Positions 14,461 to 28,172 of a stretch of DNA of 64,000 nucleotides are shown piece after piece. The translations under genes were made by a program, and so were the position numbers. This DNA is from Convolutriloba macropyga (taxonomy: Eukaryota). The notes under the pieces are model-generated. The model was not told the origin of the DNA. It saw nothing but the letters and a program-made list of their open reading frames with translations, and ran no database searches. The stretch is from NCBI RefSeq assembly GCF_964194025.1, contig NC_134477.1:3224001-3288000 (forward strand), written 5' to 3'. Positions within the stretch are counted from its first letter, which is position 1, and each line of letters begins with the position of its first letter.

Positions 14461-17431
14461 TAGCAGAAAACTCATATGTCGACAGCGAGATTACCAAAAA
14501 AAGGTAAAAAAAATTGATAATATTACAAAATTCGATTATAAACTACTCCTGCTTTCTCTTTTTTCTCTTTGCTTAGTAGCTAGGATCAAAGACAGCTCTC
14601 TTGTTGTTATTTTCTTTGTAACTTAATTTTCGTTTAGTTTTGACGTAGTGCATTTATTAGTTACCTTTTAATTGTTGTGTCCACTTATTTTCTGTCTCCG
14701 CTAAACAGTGTTGTGATATGCTTAGGTCCTATAAAACACTTTTTCCATTTGGTAGTCAACAACTAAAAGCTTTTTATTTGTAATTTTGATTGGTTGATTA
14801 ACCCTAAACTTCAAACTTTTTTGACATTTTTAGCGTCTGCGTCCATTGAGTTGCATCAAGAATTTAGACTGTGCTCTGTCTAAACTCTGCCTTTTTTCTA
14901 GATGTGTGTACTATACTTTTTTAATAATTATACATCTGTGAAAAAAATTTGGTTTCTTTCTGACTTTTTTTACAATAAGTTAGAGAATAATGATCTATTA
15001 TAATATTTGGCTAGACATTTATCGTCCCCAGCAAACTTTTTTGCAAGTATGAATGCATTTGCAATTTATGAGAGGACGGTTCATAGTATAGCAAAACCTC
15101 TTTTGCTCAAGGGCTTATTGTTGTTCTTGTTTGACACATATTAAGATGCCGTGCTAGTTTAATAGTTGTAAAATAAACGATACATGTTGATTGAAGTAGG
15201 ACCATTTATGAGTTTTTCTAGCCCCACAAAAAAAAACATTTTTGATTTTCTCTTTTATTTCAATGAGTCATTTATGATTTACATGTTGGTCATTAGTGAT
15301 TTACATATGGGTCATTAATGATTACATTTTGATCAATAATGGTTCACCGACAATCAAACATTCATCAACAATTCCTATAAGTCTTATTAGTCTCATAAAC
15401 AATTTGTTTTGTTTCTACTAATACTCATAAATGTTTACTGTACAAAATAATGTTTCCATTAAATAAACCTCGAGAAAAAAATCCCCAGTCTTTATTTTTA
15501 TAAACTAACACCCCATGGATTTTCTATCATTAATCTTTGCTCGTTTGTGATAGTTTTATATTATGTCACACGGGCCTTTAAAGCATCGCAATTTTCCAGG
15601 AAGCGTGGCCAAATGCGCTTGATACGAGGCTCTTCAAACATTAAGAGGAGTGCACTTTGTTTTTAGGGTTTTCTACCCAAAATCTGGTAGGACTTTTTTT
15701 CGTGAGGTTTTTACGAAACTGCGAAATTATGTATTACTTCGAGCTCGCTCGAAAAGAAATGTTTGAATTGTTTGATATGAATGATCCGCATTTGATAACT
15801 AAGAAGTAAAAATTCTTCCAAACAACACCCCCACCCCCCCCCCCTCCCCCCTCCTCCTAATTAAACAATACAATGTGCCAAGACAATGTTAATTGTCATT
15901 TTTGAATTAAAAATTTTGAAAATCAAACATTTTGGTGATAATTCAGTTCTTCTTGGCAAATCTTGATACTAATTGCCAAGAAATTAAGTGTCATTGGTTC
16001 TCAAAAAGCATAAAAAATTTGCAGATGTTTCAGATATTTTGACGTTTTTCTGAAATCAATAAACTTGTGAGCATATATTACGCCAAATCCGTTTTCTAAT
16101 CTGGGTACAAATCTAAAATTGATAGAAATTCCTCCTAGATATTTCATAAGAGAAAATTTGGCGAAATGAGGTTACGGGATTAGCACAACTCATAAGTAAA
16201 TAAAAGAAATTCAGGTAAATAAAATCCAATATCCTTAAATTTATTCCTGGCAACGGCCGTGTACTGGCTATTTCATTTTTTAGCTGAGTCAGTGCTCTAA
16301 AATACTATGCAATGGAATTCAGCGTTTGTTATGCTAGGTAAAAAACTTCATTGAAACGATATTGAAAAAATTATGTTTCTACTTCTTAGTTGATGTTTTC
16401 ATATACATTTTATTTAAATGCATTTTTTACAATTGAATAGGAATTCTGAACACAAAAAGATGGCCCTTATAGCGTTAAATTAAAAAAGCTTTGTTCTTTC
16501 AACTATTTTCAACTATCTTTCAACTTACGTTGGCGTTTTCCACGGCAGGTGTACATAATAAATTGGAAAATAGTTTTTTTTTCAATTTCATTTGCCGTAT
16601 TGAACTGAAATTTACTCGCGAATATTGTCATGATTTGTCACACAAATTGAACATATTAAATTCTAAACTTTGAAACGTTCTTTTTACTCGCGGAATAATT
16701 TGTAGGACTAGATTGTTTTTTTTTGTTTATTTGTGTTTACATAATAATTTTTCTTAACGTAAATTTAGCGTGATGATTTATATAAAGTAAACAATACGTC
16801 GGGAAAAATTAAATCTGGAAACTTTTAAGATTTTAGACGGAGAAGATGATAATAACTTAATTTTTCACTGTCGATCTTTGAGGACCTCGATCGAAGATTA
16901 TTTGGTTAACTACTGAAACTCAAAATAGTTATTTGTTTTTTATCGCGTCTATTTATTCGAATGCGTAAACACGTTTAAACTTTTGCGTACCGTAATCAGT
17001 AAAACATCAATAATTGTATAAAATACGTACAAGTTTAAACGTTTGGTTACAGCAATCAGAAAAACATCGTAAGCTATACTGTAAAAATTGTTATTTGCTT
17101 GTTACGAAAATGGTAACAAATTTGCTTGACTTCAATTTTCCGTTAGTTACAAACTAGTTATGATTCAATAATCATGTTACAATTACTCTCCATTTCTCAT
17201 CTTAAAACTCGCCATCTCTCAATCACAAATTTAATAATTTTTTCTTTAACAAACAGTTATAGCTCTTATTTTTAACTACTGATCAAAGTTACTAAATTAG
17301 TATAACCAAAAATTTTTTCTGGGAAAAAGCAAACTACAGAATGGACAAATAAACGCCACGTGGTTCCCAAGAAAAAAACAACAAACAACCATATTCGCAG
17401 AATTAAGATTTCTGTTAAAATTTATTACACA

Positions 17432-17781
17432 ATGAATTTCTTCGGTATATCCGACAAAAAGGGTATTGTTATGCTTTTATTTATCAGCTTTGTTTATTAT
17501 CTGAACCACAATACTTCATTCCAATCTGATTACTTCGGTGGGATGAACAAATTTGTAAGTTATAATTTTGCCCAAACGCCAGTTACAATTTTGGGTGAAT
17601 CACCACACAATTTTTCACATTTTACAGCTTTACAATTTTCGGATGTTTTGAATGGTTTGCCATTCTGCCAGCGAAGTGATCAGTTCCTAAGATTCCAAGA
17701 CGTCAACTGGCGCGGGTCTGGATTCAAACACAAGCAAGCTGATTTTTTGGGAGCGTGCCAGTTGGCCATTAAGCTTAACAG
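17432..17781 (+). CDS. Host O-fucosyltransferase-like (POFUT/O-FucT family, type II membrane) gene, exon 1
   Basis: ATG at 17432; N-terminal TM segment IVMLLFISFVYYL; GSGFKHKQADFLGACQLAIKLNR resembles POFUT1 [24 protein letters not shown]; ends at AG|GCAATT (GC donor). Confidence 0.7.
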
Positions 17782-17998
17782 GCAATTTGATGGGCTCATA
17801 TCACATGTGTTTAGAAACATTTTTAGAAGGTTTTTAGAGAACTCACTAGCGTAAATTATGCATAAGATAAACTTGACATAGCTTGACAACGCAGCTCTAC
17901 TTGGTACTTGGCTAGTGAGATGAAGCCTTGAGGAACAAGAAAGAACAAGAAAATTGGTAAAAAGAGGTCCCTGGTTCGACCCGGTAAGATGAATATCG

Positions 17999-18165
17999 GG
18001 ATCTATTCTGTTCCCCTCCCCCCAGTTTTTTTATGAACCCCAGTTACAAATTATATGCTGTTATATAGCACGCTACTATGTAAGAAATTAGCACGTGCGC
18101 TTGGGAGTCATAAAAGATTTATGCTCACTAGGCTGGGGGGGGGGGGGGGGGGACAGAATAGATCC
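17999..18165. mobile_element. MITE, GGATC-TIR family, 8-bp TSD GAATATCG
   Basis: TIR GGATCTATTCTGT/ACAGAATAGATCC; GAATATCG at 17991-17998 and 18166-18173. Confidence 0.85.
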
Positions 18166-18636
18166 GAATATCGTCTATCGTCTACAATGTCTCAAACCAT
18201 GCTAGCAAGTAAGAAAAGGGGGTTCAAGTGCAATGGGGGGGGGGGGTTCTCCAGTGGAACATCAAAATTTTTTTAATTAAAAAAAAGAATCTTTCATTCT
18301 GTTGCTATTCAAGTAACAGAAATTTGGATTATTCCAAACAAAATTAAGTTGCAACGCTGTTGATAACATTGCCGCGAAGCCTGTTTGGAGTTGTCCAATT
18401 TGGGTATCAAGACAGATCTTTCAATCAATTGTTGATCCGCCAGAGCTAGCAAACAAAGGGTTGAGTAATCTCAATATTATGAGAGACACCAAAATCGTGA
18501 AAAAATGTTTCCATAACATTAGTTACTGATACAATACTTTGACTTAATGTATAACATGGAATATGAACGAAAAAGTTTAATTGTCCACTAATCCATATCC
18601 ATATTTAGGAGCAAAATTCAATTTTGAACCTTGAAC

Positions 18637-19322
18637 ACCCGGAATAAAGTCCCAGACCCAAGTCACCTCTAACCAGACCGATTTTTAGGTCGCACATAGG
18701 GGACATAGTCCGGACATTGGTTGTACAAAAGTCTGATCAGAAACCAAAGTCTGTACATAGTCTGGACGATGGTTGCTCCTAAGTCTGATCGGAGACTAAA
18801 ATCTGGACATAATTTGTCCCAAAAATCAGATAATTGAGCGCTGAATGGCCATTTTCATTTAAATGCAGTCTTTTTACCACTGTTTTTGGTGACTCAGAAG
18901 CAAAATTACAGGTAATTCAAAATGATGTTTCGCCTTGATCTTAACACGTAATGCAATCTTATTCAAATTTAAATTACTATAGGTTGTAAATGCATATTTT
19001 AAACAAGTTTCGGTTAATTTCCAACATATAGTGATGAATTGTCTGATCAGAGGGAATTTCTTTTTCACTAAAGTTGTACAAAAAATAGCGTTGCACGAAA
19101 ATTGCACGAAAAACTTGGTTCCACAAAATCTGATCAGAGGTCGCTTTGGTCTGGCATTGTTTGATGAGAAGGGCTATGGTAGCAAACGATTGATTGCACT
19201 TTTCCTTGGGCAGCACAAAATTCTGATCAGATATCAATTCAGTCTGTCACACTCTGATAATAGACCTAAGCTTTAGCATGGTCTGATCAGAGGTAGTTTG
19301 GGTCTGCGACTTTAACCTGGGT
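18637..19322. mobile_element. Non-autonomous DNA transposon with ACCC...GGGT TIRs and internal TCTGATCAGA repeats
   Basis: Imperfect TIRs of about 40 bp (AAAGTC.CAGACCCAA); several palindromic TCTGATCAG(A) copies inside. Confidence 0.7.
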
Positions 19323-20552
19323 AGCTTCTTCCAAACAAACTCTTTAAATTAAGGACTTCTTTAAATTAACAGAAAAAAATCGAAACAGAATATTCAATCT
19401 ACTCTGTGTGCTACTCTTAATGCTAACTTTCTTAGCCAGAAACTATTTTCGCCGAAATAATTTTCCTACAGAGCCCAAAAACAGCCTAGACTTGATTTTT
19501 TATTGAAAAAAATGTCTGAGAAAAAAATGGACGAGAGGTGAACTGCACGTTAATGCTTATTTTCTAATATACTCGAGTGTTTTTTGCGAATTTTGATCCT
19601 CTGAACCAACAAGAGAGCGACAGCCTACGAAAACAACTAAACAAAACTTTTGAAATCTGAAAAAAAGAAAAAGCATAAATTAAAAAGATGAAAAGTTCGA
19701 ATCATCGCAACAACAAAATTTTCATTCTTTTGTCGTGGAAATGTCAAAAACCATGATGATTGAACTCAAAAAGATGGCTGAACGCGCACTCGGCGAAAAA
19801 CTGTTGATTTTTGTTCTCATAATTAAAATATACGAAAATGTTTTAAAAAAATTTCATAACGTTTTTCTATAATTGCCCCCATAAGAGACCTAGAATGAGA
19901 ACTTTTAAAATGAAAATTAAGTTTGATTCGGCTATTTTCTTTTCCTAAAGAAAATCGAATCAGGAAACGGCTGAGTTGAAAGTTACTAAAATGTGGGGAA
20001 ACTCTAACCGCAATTTGACTTCCATTTTAGCACTCTATGAGTCGACCAAAAAATTTTTGCGCGAATTTACAAAAGTTTGTTTTTTTCTGATTTGTTTCCA
20101 AAACAAGTACTCTTATCTGAAAATTTTTGTTGCTTAAAAAATAGTCTTTTTTTAATTGCCGCTGTATTGACGGGGGGAAATTGGTGTCCTCGACCGTGGG
20201 ATTTTTAGCTGATTTTGACATTTATTTTTTATTCTATCAACTTTTTAATAACAGCGCCAAAAGAAACTGGTACTCCTAGCATTGAGAAATTGCAAAAAAT
20301 AATTTGATTACCAAAAAAACGGCATAATGATGTCTATAGGGTCTTCCTTTTATTTAAAGTTTGTCGGGAATTCCAAAATTGCAAGTAGAACAATTTTTCA
20401 TGCTTCTTAGCTTCTTTTGTTGACACGTATTTAGATGAGAAAAAATGAGAAAAAGTGTCATTTTTAGTTCAATTGAAAAAATCGTTTCACAATAACAACA
20501 TAAAAAATTAATTGTTTGTTTTTTGTTCACAGTCTTCTTGTTGTCTTAATTG

Positions 20553-20557
<5 letters not shown>

Positions 20558-20615
<58 letters not shown>
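20558..20615. repeat. (TA)n microsatellite
   Basis: Seen directly in the sequence. Confidence 0.99.
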
Positions 20616-20617
<2 letters not shown>

Positions 20618-20977
20618 CAATCAAAAATTGGTTTTCTAGAATAATTGATTTGGAAACACTTTTAGTCGTTATTCAGTCAAAAGTAAGCGTGAAACTACAT
20701 TTCTAAGTAACGAAATTTTTATGAAATGAAAACATTTCCATGTTTTGAAAAAGGAATCCGATAATGTAAATGTCAATAATCCAATTAAACCGATTTCAAT
20801 ACCTCTCAATTCTCTTTTACAAATTTTGTTGTAAATAAGTTTTTATGTTAAAATCTTATATCACCCTTGTAAGTGAAGAAGCTTCAAAGTAAAAAAAAAC
20901 AAATTACAAAACAGCGCAAAAATTAACCAATGTATTTAGAATCAAAATATTTTTGTCCACAAAACAAATTTGATCTA

Positions 20978-23900
20978 TGATACCCAAAAAGGTATAAACG
21001 AGCTATACTATTATCACAACCTCTACTAAAATGCCATTTATACATTATCGTATCTGATGAGACTAGTTCTTCTATATTTTCATCTTTTACTTTTTCCCGC
21101 ATGTTTGTAAACTATTAGTATTTCGCATCTATTTACACCTCACTAAAAACTGATATCAATAATTTCGTTTCTTCCACTGAACTTCAGCTGCTGTTAAAAC
21201 TTCTTTAAATCACGTCAATTCTGAAATTCTGGAGTTGTCTCTCAGATCCGGAACAGACTGAGGGTAAGTGGTTCCATGCGCGAATACGGAACTCATTGAT
21301 TAAATTTCAGTTGAAATAAATACAAATGCAAAAAAATATCACATGGCGCGGTCAGGAGGCAAGGATGCTGGAAATTCTCTTTTGGGGATCTAGTCCGTCT
21401 GGGAAGAGCATCATTGGACCCTACTTTAAGGTTGAAACACTGGCGTTCACCTCTCAAACTCGCAATTTTCGCCCGTGAAGGCATCGTTTTAGAACTCTCC
21501 TAGGCTATACCCCCGACGAAAGTGACAGAAAGGACCCACCACATTGGAAATGAACGAGCAAAGACACCATGGAAGAACAAATGCCGAAAGACAGAAGCCA
21601 TGGGCATTCTCTGTGGTGATAAACCCTCAAAGGTTTGTTTCCAAACGGCCTCAACTCTGATGTATTTCAGTCTGGGAAGGCCGTCAACTCAAAGCACCCA
21701 GGAACCCCCCACATGGATGAAATATCAACAAACGATTTGCGAGACCTGTTGAATTGAACGTTTCTCAAAGCACGAAACAAAACCTTCGACAGGTACTTAC
21801 TTCTAGCGCACAAACATTTCCAAAGAAACCTATAGAAAAACTACATTTGAAAGTATCGTGGATAATTTCTAATTCATCGGCATTGAATTCGAAAAAAATT
21901 CTAATACAGCGCGTTCGCTTTTTAATGACTACCCATCTCCCAGTATTAATTCTGTTGCACAAAAAAAACAACATCTTGACACTCCAGTGAACTTAGCTGC
22001 AGAACACATCGCAGAAACAAATGACCGCGGAAAAAATTGTACTAACTGCTGCATTGCTAATCACTTTGCAAAAATTTGTCGCAAATTTGGAAACAACTCA
22101 ACACAGAACGTTGAACCACAACCTAGAGTCTATAACGCGTTGACGGGAATGAACATTAGGTAGATAAAGAAGAAATTCAAATCACCTCAAATAGTGAACC
22201 CGATTTAGAATTGACTCTTTTTTCAGACGATAATTGTGTTGCAGCATTTAAATGGAAAATCCTTCAATCGCATTAGAACCAATAAATCCACCGATTAAAA
22301 TAAGCTAAACAGAAAAAACTGTGAAGGTGGACCCAGGCGTTGTCTGTACCGTCGTGAATGAAATTTTGACAAGCGAGGTGGTTGCGTATGACATATGATC
22401 GAGATGAATTGATGAACCGAATGCTTATCAAATGAGAATTTTTTCGACGAATCAATGCAAAATGTGAGCATATGAAAAGTTTTTGAAATCGAAAATTGGG
22501 TCTCGACGTACAGACGTAACAGACGTACACCGCTCACAGTTGGAAATAGATCTGTTTCTCCAACTTGGCTTTCATCTTCAACAAGAAAAATTTCAAAATA
22601 CAGTCAATCAGCCAGATCAAGAACTCAGTCCAAATAAACAAAAAATGTCTGATTTTCCGAGTCTGGTCTTTAGATTCGGTCAGTCCAAGTCACAGACTGT
22701 TTGTTCCAGATTTTATTGCAAAAGAGTCCTAACAACCAGACGGGATGACGAGTTAATATTATCTTACAAAAAAGTTAACACAGAAATAAAACAACTCACA
22801 GCTCAAAGTCATTTTGAAAAATTCTAACAATGTTTGAATTAAAATTTTACCTCCCCAATGGTTATCTTAAAAAATCAAGATAGATCTATTGGACTCGTAA
22901 ACTTAAATTATTTCTGTCGCAAAAACAAAAGCCTAAACTCGATGGCCCAGTCGATTCCATTTCACATTTTTTACAACACTAGATTTGTAGTGTGCACACA
23001 GTCAAAGTAATCAAAACCGTAAATAGCACGCCATTGTAATATCCTTGTCATTTGTGGAGAATCAACTGTTTTTTGTAGATTTAAAACGGGTATTTACGAA
23101 CTAACAGATATGCCCAGAATACTTCAAGGAGCAATGGATTACTCGTTTTTTGGCCTTAAAGACACCTATTGTTTGCTTGACGATATCATAATTGTTAGCA
23201 ACGGTAGTAAAAGAGGTCAGTTTAGAGACATTTCTTCTTGTTTAAAAAAGTTAGACAAAGATAATCTTAGAATAAATCATGGGAAATATAATATTGCAAA
23301 ATCAAACGTCAATTGGTTTGTCATTTTGTCAATTCACGTCAATTCTCACAAAATATACCACAGGCATATTCCCAGTTGAATCAAAACAGCAGCAATCTTT
23401 GAAATTATTGCAACGGCTACTCGGAAACAGTTACAATCTTGTTGGAAGCGTAGATCATCTCAGTAAATTCATCTCGAGCTCCCCAAAGTTATCTCATATT
23501 CTCCATCCGTTAATTGAGAAAAAGCAAAATTTTTGGAATGGCAATCATAAGTCACAGTTTGATTATAATGGAAAATTGCAAACAGAACGAAAAACAGTTG
23601 TTTTAATGCTGACTTACAAGCGCGCATCAAATGCGACGCATCTACATCAAGCTTAGGTGCAGTCTTTGAGCAGAAGAACCGTAAATGGTGGAAAAAAACA
23701 GCATTTGCCTCTCAATTTTTAAATTGCAATGAATATTACTATAGCATAAAAGAATTGGAATTGTTCAGTGCTCCCTCTACTCGGTATATTATCTGTTTGG
23801 AAAAAAATTCACAGATTTAGCAGATCATTGTGCAGATTTGTCAATTATGAAGAGTCCTCATTTTAACAATTTTTGAAACTGTAGATAAACAGGATAGATT

Positions 23901-26885
23901 ATTCGACCTTTACCCCTTGATGTTTACAGAGAATATATTCCTGCAACCAGCATTGGATTAGTTGACTGTTTTTCGTGCCAACCAAGTCAAAAAGCACTAA
24001 CTCCCGCATAAGTTCTACTAGAGTAAACTCCGTAATTTCAAATTGTTTTCTGGTATCATTTGAAATGCGAATAATTAGCTCAAATTGCTTTCTACAAACG
24101 CTCAGGGAATCAGCAATATTTCAACTTTATCATTCATAATGTCTCAAGATAAAGCTTCGACAAATTACCCAACAACACCACACCAACTTGGAGTCTCCTT
24201 CTAATTAACTCCAAGAGCACATGAAAGTATTCACCTATCCCGCGCTAATACATCCTCAGAACACGGAGACATTGAACTTTCTGGAGAGAGGATCTTCGAG
24301 GAAAAATCTAAACAGGGACGACTTACTGAAAAAGATCCAAACTGTGTACTGCACTTTGTATATAAAGATGCTGTAAAGTAAGGTTTTACATCAACTCGTT
24401 CTGAGATAACCTACACCCAAAGTCAGGATGCCAGTGTGCAGATGGGCAAGTGGCAATACCAAATTCAATCAAGGATGCAGTCTTCGAATCCATGCAAATG
24501 ACCCACCCAGCCAGTTGAAGAATAATTTCCATCTCCCAATATGCATAGTGGCCTAACAAGCTTTGAGATATTTTAGCTAAAACTATTGACTGAGTTCCAT
24601 GCACGGAAATTGTTGTGAACTTCAAACCTATAACTCCAAAATCAAAGTTGAAACCTTTAACTCTTAAATAAATGGTGAAATACAGACCGATTTCGAGGTT
24701 TCATTTTCAAAGGAAATTTCTCACAAATCTTTTTTGTTACATGGATTGATCGTTACTCATGTTACCATAAAACTGAAAATTTTGAAAAATCTGTGGGAGA
24801 TCAAACAGCGATTAAAAAGGTTGTCGCAAAAAAACCATTTTTGCCCAAGACAGCAATTGGATCAATTACCTATCAATTGCAAATTACATAGCAAAATATT
24901 ACTAAAGTTACACAGATTGAGGCTTGATTTTGTTAGATTGTCTAAATCGCCTTTCAAAATTATTGATAATTCAGCGTCAAAACTAAATTCAGCATATAAA
25001 GGTCACTAATAATTCCTTAGATGCAGAGACAATTACAACGGAACAATACCTTGACGACAAATAATGGATCAGTAAAGAGTGCAGTGATCTCGAAACTGCC
25101 CCCAATTACCACAATCATCAATGAGCCTGGCAAATCTCCTGTAAAAATCGGAGACAGTGACCTTGCTAAATTTGTCAAGAAAGCTTGAAGATCAATAAAT
25201 TTGTGGATTTATGCACAGCGAAGAGTTTTGTCTAACGACAAAATTACTGAAGAGAAAATTGCAAATAACAAAAAAGATGTCAGGAAACAAAAAATGGGTG
25301 GTAAGGATCCGAAATCGCCACCGTAATACAACGTCTGTAACCTCTTTATCAAGTTTAAATATCAGTGGAGCCATGAAAATCAGGAAACCAATAAACTACG
25401 ACACAAAAAAGGAAACAAACGAGCTCTCCAATAGTGCAAGCACATAGGTCACAAACATCGTCCACTTTACATTTGACTACAGAGGAATTCAATGAGCAAA
25501 TGCCACTTGTCAACATGGGGTGGAAAACAGGTAGTCAAGAAATGACGAAAGCAGTTTTATGAATGCTACGAGGAAAACATGTCACCAAAAAATTCACATA
25601 AATCCAGAAGAATCAAGAAACAGTTTCAGTTGTTGAAACATTTCAACACGAAGAAGAAGTGCGAACAAAATCACATCCAAGTCAGCACTTAGTTGTCGGC
25701 TCTCTACGAGATCCCGGTGTCAAATACTAGGAATGCGAACAAAAATGAGAAAAGTCCCCTTGAGACGCAGAAAATGAGATAAGAACTATTGAAGGAAGTA
25801 AACTCAAAACCTAAATTTAGTAAGCTCATCGCTTTTAAAAAAACTCATATTTTCAGTCGTATTTACTATGCGACTGCATAGTTTGCTGTTCATTCATGTT
25901 ATAGTCTATATGGTGGCCGCCGTATTGGCCGACAGGGCGTTTAGCCGACAACCAAAAAATGAGAAATTTAGCCGACAATTTAAGTAAAATGAGCAATAAA
26001 ACTTATTCTGAAGCTGTGATTGGCCAATTTAAAACACTATTTCGTAAGCGGACAAATATACCGCAGTTTTCTCATCAACTAGCGTAACGAAGGTTTATCA
26101 ACTAGTGTAACGAGGGTATTTAACCGCATCTGGCCATGCCTCGCGGGCCATGGCCATGCCTCAGCTGCCCGTGGGACTTGATATGAATCTATCACAACCG
26201 AACTACTGATTTATGGACCAATGAGACTTTTATGACCAATTATGATAAAACTGTCGGCTAAATTTCCCATTTTTTCCTTGTCGGCTAAACGCCCTGTCGG
26301 CCAATTTTCCTAGCACCAGTCTATATATTTATCCAGGACAAATACATTTGTTTTGCTTCAAGTTAATTTAGAGCTACCATTGTTCACCAAAGTAACTTCT
26401 TTGCATTGGCCAATTAATCCTATTATTTTGTATTTTTGTGCATTTCTGATGTTCAATTCAACGATTATTGCAATTATTTCATATAAAATATCAATGATTT
26501 TGTATTAAAATCACGTAAATTATTGAAATTATTGAAGAGGGGAAAATTGATACCTAAATTTGTATTCTTGAACTATTTTATTATCATAACCTCTACTAAA
26601 GTTACATGTGTACATTATCGTATCTGATGAGACTATTACTTCTTTATTCTCCCCTCATATCTTTTAATGATTAATATTTCACATCTGATCAAACATCTTT
26701 AAAAACTGATAATCAAAATCTCGTTTCATTCTCTGAATTTTAATTGCGCTTCATTTTTCTTCAAATAAAATCAATGCCGAATATTTTGATTCGCCTTGTA
26801 ACTCCAAATCAGGGTTTTGAGAATCGAGAGTACGGAACTTACTTAATTATCTCAGTTGAACAAGATATAGAAGTTTTAAGTATCA
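20978..26885 (+). mobile_element. Old degenerate Ty3/Gypsy LTR retrotransposon in host intron 1
   Basis: Diverged LTRs 20978-21341 and 26548-26885 (TGATACC...TATCA; shared TACATTATCGTATCTGATGAGACTA); PBS TGGCGCGGTCAGG at 21344; PPT GAAGAGGGGAAAA before 26548; RT remnant CLLDDIIIV. Confidence 0.85.
25912..26317. mobile_element. Mutator-like MITE with 9-bp TSD, nested in the Gypsy remnant
   Basis: TIRs of about 65 bp (GGTG...TTGGCCGACAGGGCGTTTAGCCGACA); AGTCTATAT duplicated at 25903-25911 and 26318-26326. Confidence 0.9.
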
Positions 26886-27228
26886 CTGAACCACCTATAA
26901 ACTTGTAACCTCAGTCAGAATTTTAAACTTGTTTTAGTCAAGAGTGTTATAACTTTGCAGATAATATGTAAATACGGGTTTTAGTGCATAATCCTAGTAG
27001 CAAAAAAACTATTGTCAATTTTTACAAGTCGAAATTTCTCTGTTGTTCTATTGGGACAAATGACAGACATCAAAACAACCCTAAAAATATTTGAAGAGCC
27101 CATTTGAAAGCTTAGACACTTGGAAGTACAAACGGAAAATCTGGGACAGCAAAAACATGGCATTTTAAAACATCCACGTAAAGGTTTCAAGACAAGCCTA
27201 AGTTAGTCTCAAACCAAAATGATTTCAC

Positions 27229-27412
27229 GGATCTTTTTCGTTTGTGCCCCCCCCCCCCCCCAGCTTAGTGGGCGCATATTATTTGCAACCCCCAGACCCA
27301 CGTGCCATATTTTTACATAATGATGTTCTATGTACTGGCACGTGCTCTGTAACTGGGGGCGCATAACGTACGGGGGGAGGGGGGGGGGGGGTGGCACAAA
27401 CGGAAAAGATCC
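27229..27412. mobile_element. MITE, GGATC-TIR family
   Basis: GGATCTTTT.CGTTTGTGCC / GGCACAAACGGAAAAGATCC; TSD GATTTCAC/GATTTCAT. Confidence 0.85.
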
Positions 27413-27503
27413 GATTTCATTGACAAATTATATTCAACAAAGCATTTTTTTCTGGTTAGCTAACAGTGATATGAGCCCATAAAACTGATTTTTTTGCAAT
27501 CAG

Positions 27504-27636
27504 GACTCTGATAGACTTTTCACCTCGCTTCTCTGCAAATCATGCGCACGGTGAGGGTAAAAACTGGATCCTCGGCTGGACTTTTGGCATGCTGATGAAC
27601 GTTTCCAAAGCTGTGTACAATATTACTTATCTTAAT
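27504..27636 (+). CDS. O-fucosyltransferase-like gene, exon 2 (TLIDFSPRFSANHAHGEGKNWILGWTFGMLMNVSKAVYNITYLN)
   Basis: T-rich ...GCAATCAG acceptor and GTGAGT donor; splicing to exon 1 restores the family motif LNRTL. Absent from the ORF track. Confidence 0.75.
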
Positions 27637-27655
27637 GTGAGTATTATAAACATTG

Positions 27656-27779
27656 GGGTCTTTCCCATTATAGCCCCCCCCCCCGCTCAGTGGCCAGATA
27701 ACCTATAGAACCCCAATCATAGTAATTATACCATAATCGGGGCTATAATTTCATGGAGGGGCTATAATGGGAAAGACCC
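27656..27779. mobile_element. Small MITE with 22-bp TIR GGGTCTTTCCCATTATAGCCCC
   Basis: Perfect inverted termini. Confidence 0.75.
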
Positions 27780-28010
27780 GAATATTACTGATTGGTTAAA
27801 ACATTTTTTGTCATTAGAGAAATTGAATTCGGTCTATCATCACCATTTGAGTGTATCAATGTTTCATCGGCTCTCGATGTAATAACAACAAGAGTTGCGA
27901 AATTTACCGTAGAAATGCAGAGTTAATTAGTTAATTAATGCCCAATTAGACTACCTCTTTGCCCCACTTTTTTTTGCTTCTGCACCCACGCAAGAATTGA
28001 ATAAAAATCA

Positions 28011-28172
28011 GGATCTCTTCCGTTTGTGCCCCCCAGCTTAGTGGGTGCAAATTTTTTGCATCCCCCAGACGCAAGTGCAATATTTTTACATAATGATTTA
28101 CCATGTAATGACAAGTGCTCTGTAGTTGGGGGGAGCATAACGTACTGGGGGGGGCACAAACGGGAAAAATTC
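28011..28172. mobile_element. MITE, GGATC-TIR family, 8-bp TSD AAAAATCA
   Basis: Homologous to 27229-27412; AAAAATCA at 28003-28010 and 28173-28180. Confidence 0.85.
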